Below, one piece after another: positions 57,913 to 64,000 of a stretch of 64,000 nucleotides of DNA; the stretch's first letter is position 1; each line of letters opens with the position of its first letter. A model generated the notes under the pieces. It made no database searches. It worked only from the letters and a program-made list of their open reading frames with translations, and was not told the origin of the DNA. Where the stretch lies: NCBI GenBank assembly GCA_965248835.1, contig CBDFLJ010000001.1:1952001-2016000 (forward strand), written 5' to 3'. Made by a program: the position numbers and the translations under genes. The stretch comes from Alphaproteobacteria bacterium. GTDB lineage: Bacteria > Pseudomonadota > Alphaproteobacteria > MPNO01.

Positions 57913-58974
57913 ATGACCGAACGGATCGACTCCGACAGGCTGGCGGGGTTCATCGCCGATGCGATGCGGGCCGTCGGCATGCCCGGGACGGATGCGGCCG
58001 AGGTCGGCCGGCTGATGGTCGCCGCCGACCTCGCGGGCTTCGACGGCCACGGCATCTTCCGGCTGGACGCCTATCTCGCGCGGATCAGGGCCGGCGGGCT
58101 CAACCTCACCCCCGAGATCGTCGTCGCCGCGGAGTCGCCGGCCACCGCCGTCGTCGACGGCGATGACGGGATGGGGCATCTGGTGGTCGCCTACGCCACC
58201 CGCCTTGCGATCGACAAGGCGCGGCAGGCCGGCATCGGCTGGGTGGGCACGCGCAACTCCAATCACGCCGGTGCCGCGTCGGTCTATGCCGCGATGGCCG
58301 CCGATGAGGGCATGATCGGCCTTTACGGCGCGGTCGGCTCGGGCAACAACCTGCCGCCCTGGGGCGGGCTTGACCCGAAGCTTGCGACCAACCCGATCGC
58401 GGTCGCGATCCCGTCCGCCGACGGCGCCCCGGTGGTGCTGGACTTCGCGACCACGGTGGCCTCGATGGGCAAGATCCGGACCACCGCCCAGCGCGGCGAG
58501 CAGATGCCCGAGGGCTGGATGGTCGATCGCGGCGGCGCGCCGCTCACCGATCCCAACCGCGCCGGCGAGGGCCTGCTGCTGCCGATCGGCGGCTATAAGG
58601 GCTATGCGCTGGGCCTGGCGATCGGGCTTCTGGCCGGCACGCTCAACGGGGCCGCGATGGGCGATGCGGTGGTCGACATGAACGGCCGGCCGGGCGATAT
58701 GACCAATACCGGGCAGTTCATCTGCGCCATCGACCCCTCGGTGTTCGGCGATGCGGCGGCGATCGCGTCTCGGGTCGCGGATATCGCGCGCGAGATGCGC
58801 GCCGCCGAGGTGATGCCGGGCTTCGAGGCGGTCCGCGTGCCGGGCGACGGGCGCGCGGACCGCATGGCGGACCGGCGCGCGAACGGCGTGCCCATCCCCG
58901 ACGGCTTGCGCGCCGTCCTCGACCGGCTGGCCGGCGACCTCGACATCGCGCCGCTGGGCGCACGTACCGAATGA
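57913..58974 (+). CDS. Ldh_2 family oxidoreductase (malate/L-sulfolactate/ureidoglycolate dehydrogenase-like)
   Basis: GHG, SNHAG, TNPIA, LDFATT, GGYKGYAL and RVPG. Confidence 0.88.
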   Translation: MTERIDSDRLAGFIADAMRAVGMPGTDAAEVGRLMVAADLAGFDGHGIFRLDAYLARIRAGGLNLTPEIVVAAESPATAVVDGDDGMGHLVVAYATRLAIDKARQAGIGWVGTRNSNHAGAASVYAAMAADEGMIGLYGAVGSGNNLPPWGGLDPKLATNPIAVAIPSADGAPVVLDFATTVASMGKIRTTAQRGEQMPEGWMVDRGGAPLTDPNRAGEGLLLPIGGYKGYALGLAIGLLAGTLNGAAMGDAVVDMNGRPGDMTNTGQFICAIDPSVFGDAAAIASRVADIAREMRAAEVMPGFEAVRVPGDGRADRMADRRANGVPIPDGLRAVLDRLAGDLDIAPLGARTE

Positions 58975-58993
58975 CCGCGAAAAGGAGTAGACG

Positions 58994-59767
58994 ATGACGG
59001 GACAGGCCTTCTCACTCGACGGCAAGACGATCGTGATCACCGGCGCGGGCCGCGGCCTCGGCCAGGCCTATGCGCTGGCGTGTGCGGCGCACGGCGCGCG
59101 CGTGGTCGCCGCCGATGTGCTGGATTGCGCCGAGACGGTCGACGGCATCGAGGCGGCCGGCGGCCAGGCGATCGGCGTCGGGCTCGATGTCCGCGACGAA
59201 GGCGCGGCCGCGGCGATGGCCGACGCGGCCACTTCGGCCTATGGCCGGATCGACGGGCTGGTCAACAACGCCGCGCTCTATGGCGCGCTGACCGGCGGCC
59301 GGTTCGATGCGATCGAGCCCAGCGAGTGGGACGACGCAATGGCGGTCAACGTCAAGGGGATCTGGAACTGCTGCAAGGCGGTGGTGCCGGCGCTGCGCGC
59401 GGCCGGCGGCGGCTCGATCGTGAACATCGCCTCGCTGGCCGCGACCTACGGCATGCCCTATGCGCTGCACTACACGACCTCGAAGGCCGCCGTCATCGGG
59501 CTGACGCGCGGTCTGGCGCGCGAGATCGGCCGCGACCGCATCCGGGTCAACGCGGTCGCGCCCAGCGCGGTTACCACCGAGGGCACGCGGGAGTTCTTCG
59601 GCGCCAAGCACGACACCGCGCTCGAGGTCATCCGTTCGGGCCAGACGCTGCAGCGCAACCTGTCGGCCGAGGACGTGGTGGGCACGGTCCTGTGGCTGCT
59701 GTCCGACGCCAGCGCGTTCACCACCGGCCAGACCATCGCCGTCGACGGCGGGACGGTGTTCTCGTAG
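58994..59767 (+). CDS. Short-chain dehydrogenase/reductase
   Basis: TGAGRGLG, NNAA, YTTSK and TGQTIAVDGG. Confidence 0.92.
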   Translation: MTGQAFSLDGKTIVITGAGRGLGQAYALACAAHGARVVAADVLDCAETVDGIEAAGGQAIGVGLDVRDEGAAAAMADAATSAYGRIDGLVNNAALYGALTGGRFDAIEPSEWDDAMAVNVKGIWNCCKAVVPALRAAGGGSIVNIASLAATYGMPYALHYTTSKAAVIGLTRGLAREIGRDRIRVNAVAPSAVTTEGTREFFGAKHDTALEVIRSGQTLQRNLSAEDVVGTVLWLLSDASAFTTGQTIAVDGGTVFS

Positions 59768-59774
59768 GCGCCGG
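59696..59774 (+). repeat. Direct repeat copy 1 (3' end of the SDR gene), left boundary of islet
   Basis: 79 bp, 77/79 identical to 61920-61998. Confidence 0.92.
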
Positions 59775-59809
59775 CGCGGCCCCGTTCGAAATCAGCGGCC
59801 CGCCTGCCG

Positions 59810-59998
59810 CGCCGTCTGGTCCTGCTTGACAGTGCGGAGGCGCTCCGGGACCTTGCCGCCTTGCCGGGCAACCGTCTGGAAGCGTTGCGGGGCGACCGCG
59901 TCGGTCAGCACAGCATTCGGATCAACGTGCAGTGGCGTATCTGCTTTCGCTGGACCGAAGAAGGGCCGTGCGATGTGGAGATCGTGGATTATCACTGA
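59810..59998 (+). pseudogene. higB: HigB (RelE/ParE-type killer) toxin, N-terminus missing
   Basis: RRLVLLDSAEALRDLAALPGNRLEALRGDRVGQHSIRINVQWRICFRW...VEIVDYH; no start codon between the in-frame SDR stop and this segment. Confidence 0.85.
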
Positions 59999-60010
59999 GG
60001 GGGTGCGGAC

Positions 60011-60316
60011 ATGAACGCGCGGAACGGGATGAGGCCGGTGCATCCGGATGAGATCCTGCGTGAGGAACTCGAGACGCTTGGGCTTTCGGCCAACACGTTG
60101 GCGAAGGCGCTGGGGGTTCCGGTGAACCGGATCACGATGATCCTGAACGGCCAACGGGGGGTGAGCGCGGACACGGCGCTGCGGTTGGCGCGCTGTTTCG
60201 GAACGACGCCGCAGGTCTGGATGAACCTGCAAAAGACCTGGGACCTTCGTCGGGCGGAGATCGAGGCAGGCCGCGAGTCCGCCGAACGCGTGGCACCGCG
60301 GCAGTCGGCGGCGTAG
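60011..60316 (+). CDS. higA: HigA family addiction-module antitoxin (XRE HTH)
   Basis: MRPVHPDEILREE, LAKALGV..NRI, TALRLAR.FGTTPQVWMNLQ; GAGG RBS. Confidence 0.92.
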   Translation: MNARNGMRPVHPDEILREELETLGLSANTLAKALGVPVNRITMILNGQRGVSADTALRLARCFGTTPQVWMNLQKTWDLRRAEIEAGRESAERVAPRQSAA

Positions 60317-60496
60317 CGGAGCAAGAGAGGACACCCGTGCCCGACAAAGCGAAGCCATCTCAGAATATGATCCAGATATGATCGACTCACTTAATTTTCA
60401 ACATTGAATTGATAAGTGATAGAAGATCATACTCAACGGTATCGGAGTAATAAGACAAGAGATGTAAGAATTTTATAGAGATCGAGGTGTGGCAAC

Positions 60497-61582
60497 GTGT
60501 TTGATCGGAAGACCTGGAGTTTCAGTTTATTTTTCTTTGTCGCAGCTATTTGCGCCGGAACGGTCGACGCCCAAATGGGCTGTCCTGCCTGGTATAACGA
60601 ATCGCATTATAAGATTACAACCGTCCAGGATCTTGATCGATGCTTGGCCCTCGGCCTCGATGCGAAGTCGAAGACCGGTTACGGAATGACTCTTCTGCAC
60701 TACGCCGACGGCCCCAAGGTCGTTTTCCGCCTTATCATGGCTGGCGCGGATGTGAATGCTAAGGATACAAAGGGCCGAACTCCATTGCATTTCGCTGCAT
60801 GGTCAGGCAGGAGGCCCCTTGTGATTGAGCGCCTGATCGAGGCTGGCGCCGATGTGGCAGCGAGGACCGTGGGTGGTTCGACTCCACTGCATATTGCTGC
60901 CGGATGGGCCAGGGTTCCCGAGGTGATGACCCGCCTTATCGAAGCTGGTGCTGACGTAGAGGCGAGAAACAAGTACGGAGACACTCCATTACATTTTGCC
61001 GCGGCACAGCGCAGAGGTAATCCTGACTTCATCACCCGCTTGATCGCGGCCGGTGGCGACGTGGAAGCAAGGAACAACCACGGATCAACCCCCTTGCATA
61101 GTGCCGCGGAAAGGAGAAAAAACTATCCCGAGATGATTTCTCGTCTGATCGTGGCCGGTGCGGATGTGAACGCGAAAGACAAGCATGGTGAAACTCCCCT
61201 GCACCGCGCAGCAAGACGGAGTTTCAATTTGGAAGTGGTGGCCCGCTTGATCGCGGCCGGCGCCGATGTGGAGGCGAGGAACAAACATGGTGAAACCCCC
61301 TTGCACCGAGCCGCCGAACGAAAGTGGAACCCCGAATTGATTGCTCCTCTGATCACGGCTGGCGCGAATGTGGAGGCAAGGAATAAACGTGGTGAAACCC
61401 CCTTGCACCGCGCCGCCCGACAGAGCCCGAACCCCGAAGTGATCGTCCGTCTGATTGATGCCGGTGCCGACGTGAAAGCCAAAACCAGGGATGGACAGAC
61501 CGCTTGGGTAATCGCGCAAGAAAATCCAGCGCTAATTGGTACAGTGGCAGAGAGGCTGTTAAGCAGAGTGCGATCTGAATAG
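60497..61582 (+). CDS. Secreted ankyrin-repeat protein (about 9 repeats)
   Basis: Signal peptide ending VDA; seven GxTPLH..A...LI.AG repeats plus two degenerate ones; GAGG upstream. Confidence 0.93.
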   Translation: MFDRKTWSFSLFFFVAAICAGTVDAQMGCPAWYNESHYKITTVQDLDRCLALGLDAKSKTGYGMTLLHYADGPKVVFRLIMAGADVNAKDTKGRTPLHFAAWSGRRPLVIERLIEAGADVAARTVGGSTPLHIAAGWARVPEVMTRLIEAGADVEARNKYGDTPLHFAAAQRRGNPDFITRLIAAGGDVEARNNHGSTPLHSAAERRKNYPEMISRLIVAGADVNAKDKHGETPLHRAARRSFNLEVVARLIAAGADVEARNKHGETPLHRAAERKWNPELIAPLITAGANVEARNKRGETPLHRAARQSPNPEVIVRLIDAGADVKAKTRDGQTAWVIAQENPALIGTVAERLLSRVRSE

Positions 61583-61707
61583 TGATCCTCCCTCGTTGAA
61601 GTGGTCCACCCTGATGTTGTGCATGAGCGTGGGATCTTCATAATTCAAGCCGAAAGCACCCCGGCGAGCGCTTTGGTACTTTCTCTCCCTTTGCTGTTTT
61701 GTGGGCT

Positions 61708-61902
61708 ACCGGGATGGACGGCTCTCATGAACAAGCGGGCGTCCTCCATTCATCCGTGGTAATCCACGATTTCAACTTTGTCCGGTCCGGCTTGTCCGTC
61801 CGGCCACGCGAAACACAGCCTCCATTGCCGATTGATGCGAATGGAGTCATGGCCCGTCCTGTCGCCCCGGAGCGCTTCGAGACGGTTTCCCGGCAAAGAC
61901 CG
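61708..61902 (-). pseudogene. Second higBA relic: HigB C-terminal half plus the first residues of HigA
   Basis: RSLPGNRLEALRGDRTGHDSIRINRQWRLCFAWPDGQAGPDKVEIVDYHG* (stop 61752-61750), then GGAGG and MRAVHPG, after which similarity is lost. Confidence 0.82.
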
Positions 61903-61919
61903 CTTTCTCGAGCCTCTGC

Positions 61920-61998
61920 CTGCTGTCGGACGCCAGCGCGTTCACCACCGGCCAGACCATCGCCGTCGACGGCGGGACGGTGTACTCGTAGGCGCCGG
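61920..61998 (+). repeat. Direct repeat copy 2 (orphan SDR 3' end), right boundary of islet
   Basis: Encodes LLSDASAFTTGQTIAVDGGTVYS*; differs from copy 1 at TCC/TCG and TTC/TAC. Confidence 0.92.
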
Positions 61999-61999
61999 T

Positions 62000-62593
62000 C
62001 TATTTGACGAAGGCGGCGAGGCTCTTGCGGATCTGACGCTGGAGCGCCTGGTCGATCGCCTTCATCATGGCGTGTGTCATCGCGTACCAGACCTTCTCGC
62101 GGCCGGTCATCGTGATGTCCTCGGGCACCGTGCGGGAGCGTTTGGCAATCGCCGTCGCATGGCCCCGCCGACGGTTCAGCCCGTCGATGATCCGGAGCTC
62201 GAGCTCGATCGAGGCATCGTAGCGTTCGGACTGGTCGGTGGTCAGCGCGCCGCGCAGCCCGGTCGTCTTGCGGAGCGCGACCTCGACCACCGAGGCGTCG
62301 CGGATGACCAGTTCCGCGCGGCCGTCGGCGCCGACCGCCCGCAGCCTGTCGCGCGCCCATTGGGCGACGGCCGCGGCCGGTTGCACCGGAAAGGCGTGCT
62401 CGACATTGGGCGCGGCCAGCGGCGGGCGGTATTCCTCGACCACCGCGATGCGGCCGACATCGAGGCGGATGGGACTTGCGTCAACGAACCGGATCGGCGG
62501 GAAGTCGGGCGGCTCGGGCGGCGCCCGGCAGGAAGCGGCGGCCAGCGCGAGCAAGGCCAGCGTCGTGCAAAGGCGGAGTCGGTTCATGGTCAT
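62000..62593 (-). CDS. Conserved hypothetical lipoprotein
   Basis: Signal peptide with lipobox AASC; NVEHAFP..P and WARDRLRAVG; follows hslO. Confidence 0.75.
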   Translation of the reverse strand: MTMNRLRLCTTLALLALAAASCRAPPEPPDFPPIRFVDASPIRLDVGRIAVVEEYRPPLAAPNVEHAFPVQPAAAVAQWARDRLRAVGADGRAELVIRDASVVEVALRKTTGLRGALTTDQSERYDASIELELRIIDGLNRRRGHATAIAKRSRTVPEDITMTGREKVWYAMTHAMMKAIDQALQRQIRKSLAAFVK

Positions 62594-62601
62594 TCGGCGG
62601 C

Positions 62602-63525
62602 TCAGTGCGCCCGGTAGACCCGGTCGAGCGCGTCGTCGTCGAAGTCGTAGCGCGCGCCGCAGAACTCGCAGGTGACGATCACCGCATCGTGGATGCGCAG
62701 CGCCTCGATCTCGCCGCGCGGGAAGGACTGCAGCATCGTGACCACCTTGTCCCGGGAACAGCGGCAGCCATGGGCCAGCGAATGGGGCTCGAACACCCGG
62801 ACCCCGTCCTCGTGGAACAGGCGATAGAGCAGGTCGTGCGGGTGCAGGCCGTCATCGACCAGCTCCTCGGACGTGCACGACCCCATCAGGATCACCGCGC
62901 GGCGCCATTCATCCTCGGCCGCCTCGTTGCGCGCCTCGCCGGAAACTTGCGTGCGCCCGGGATCGGGCAGGCGCTGCATCATCATTCCGCCGGCCCGCCA
63001 CGCACCGCCGCCGCCGTCAGGCGCGACAGCGAGCTTGAAGACCGCCTGGCTCTGATCGGACTGACGGAAGTGGCTGTGGGCGCATTCGGCCAGCGATCCG
63101 CCGCACAGCTCGACGATGCCCTGGTAGCGCTCGGTATCGGGGCCCTGATCGACGGTGAACGCCAGATGGCCCGCGCCGATCAGCCGCGGCACCGGAGCAA
63201 GGCGCCAATCGCGCCGGCCGGTGCTCTCGGACAGAGCGTCGGGGTCGTATTGGGCATAGCCGCGAATCGCGCCGTCGGACGTTGCATCGGCGACCAGCAT
63301 GCCGACCGCTCCCTCGCCCTTGATCTGGACCGTGAGGATGCCCTCGACCTTGAGCGCCGAGGCCACGAGCGCGGCCAGCACCGCAAGCTCGCCGAGCAGC
63401 GTCGCGACCGGCACCGGGTAGTCCTGCCGCGACAGGATGTGATCGACCGTCGTGCCCAGCCGCACCAGCTTGCCGCGCACCGCCTGGGTCTCGATCTGAA
63501 ACGGCAGGACGATATCGCTGGCCAT
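62602..63525 (-). CDS. hslO: Hsp33 redox-regulated chaperone
   Basis: VRGKLVRL, YQGIV, QSDQ, and Zn motif CRCS...CEFC. Confidence 0.93.
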   Translation of the reverse strand: MASDIVLPFQIETQAVRGKLVRLGTTVDHILSRQDYPVPVATLLGELAVLAALVASALKVEGILTVQIKGEGAVGMLVADATSDGAIRGYAQYDPDALSESTGRRDWRLAPVPRLIGAGHLAFTVDQGPDTERYQGIVELCGGSLAECAHSHFRQSDQSQAVFKLAVAPDGGGGAWRAGGMMMQRLPDPGRTQVSGEARNEAAEDEWRRAVILMGSCTSEELVDDGLHPHDLLYRLFHEDGVRVFEPHSLAHGCRCSRDKVVTMLQSFPRGEIEALRIHDAVIVTCEFCGARYDFDDDALDRVYRAH

Positions 63526-63536
63526 CGCGCCGCCGG

Positions 63537-64000
63537 TTATTCCAGGCACCACAGCAGGATCGCCTTCTGGGCGTGCAGCCGGTTCTCCGCCTCGTCCCAT
63601 ACCGCCGACTGCGGTCCGTCGATGACCGAGCCGGTGACTTCTTCCTCGCGGTGGGCCGGCAGGCAGTGCAGGAAGATCGCCTCGGGCTTGGCCATCGCCA
63701 TCAGCCGGTCGTCGATACGGTAGGGGGCCAGGATATTGTGGCTGCGCTCCTCGGGCTCGGAGCCCATCGACACCCAGGTGTCGGTGACCACGCAATCGGC
63801 GCCGCGCACCGCCTCGCACGGGTCTTCGGTCAGCACGATCCGGGCGCCCCGGTCGCGCGCCCAGCGGACGGTCTGGGGCGGCGGCGAAAGCTGCTTCGGG
63901 CAGGCCAGCCGCAGTTCGAAGGCGAACTGGGCCGCGGCCTCGATCCAGGTGCAGGCCATGTTGTTGCCGTCGCCGCTCCAGGCGACCGCACGCCCTTCGA
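63537..64000 (-). CDS. argF: Ornithine carbamoyltransferase (3' part; 5' end outside window)
   Basis: WSGDGNNM, TDTWVSMG, FLHCLPAHR and EAENRLHAQKA. Confidence 0.95.
   Translation of the reverse strand, partial: EGRAVAWSGDGNNMACTWIEAAAQFAFELRLACPKQLSPPPQTVRWARDRGARIVLTEDPCEAVRGADCVVTDTWVSMGSEPEERSHNILAPYRIDDRLMAMAKPEAIFLHCLPAHREEEVTGSVIDGPQSAVWDEAENRLHAQKAILLWCLE

Larger units (their letters stand above)
59775..61919. mobile_element. ~2.1-kb genomic islet (higB'-higA, ankyrin gene, inverted higB'/higA' relic)
   Basis: Bounded by 79-bp direct repeats; visibly lower GC; no integrase or transposase inside. Confidence 0.7.

Noticed and set aside
60770-61480. Regularly spaced DNA repeats that could suggest a CRISPR array
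   Set aside because: They are ~100-bp coding ankyrin repeats inside an open frame; no cas genes and no repeat-spacer structure.

Overview
High-GC alphaproteobacterial (Rhodospirillales-like) chromosomal segment. Housekeeping genes (xseA, pmbA, ubiD, bolA, cobS/cobT, ivd-mccB-mccA, metY, rpmB, sufE, hslO, argF) are interleaved with many catabolic genes that have almost no local regulators: hydrolases, amidases, flavin and Rieske oxygenases, a Mo-hydroxylase large subunit, a TAXI-TRAP transporter and an lvaC-lvaA-lvaB-like module. I found no rRNA, tRNA, CRISPR array, integrase or transposase. Main observations: (1) a structured leader with a short AUG-CGU-CGG-CCC-UGA uORF followed by a SECIS-like hairpin, upstream of a putative selenate-type ABC transporter (candidate selenium-sensing control element); the transporter's ATPase lacks its D-loop; (2) a perfect 53-bp palindrome holding two Fur-like boxes and two mirror-image sigma70 promoters in front of a Cys-rich unknown protein; (3) a ~2.1-kb lower-GC islet bounded by a 79-bp duplication of an SDR gene's 3' end, carrying a secreted ankyrin-repeat protein between two inverted higBA relics; (4) a frameshift that fuses a flavin monooxygenase in frame to a CocE/NonD hydrolase; (5) M20 and M24 enzymes with altered metal sites. 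All family assignments come from motif recognition and memory, not database searches. Some lesions may be assembly errors.
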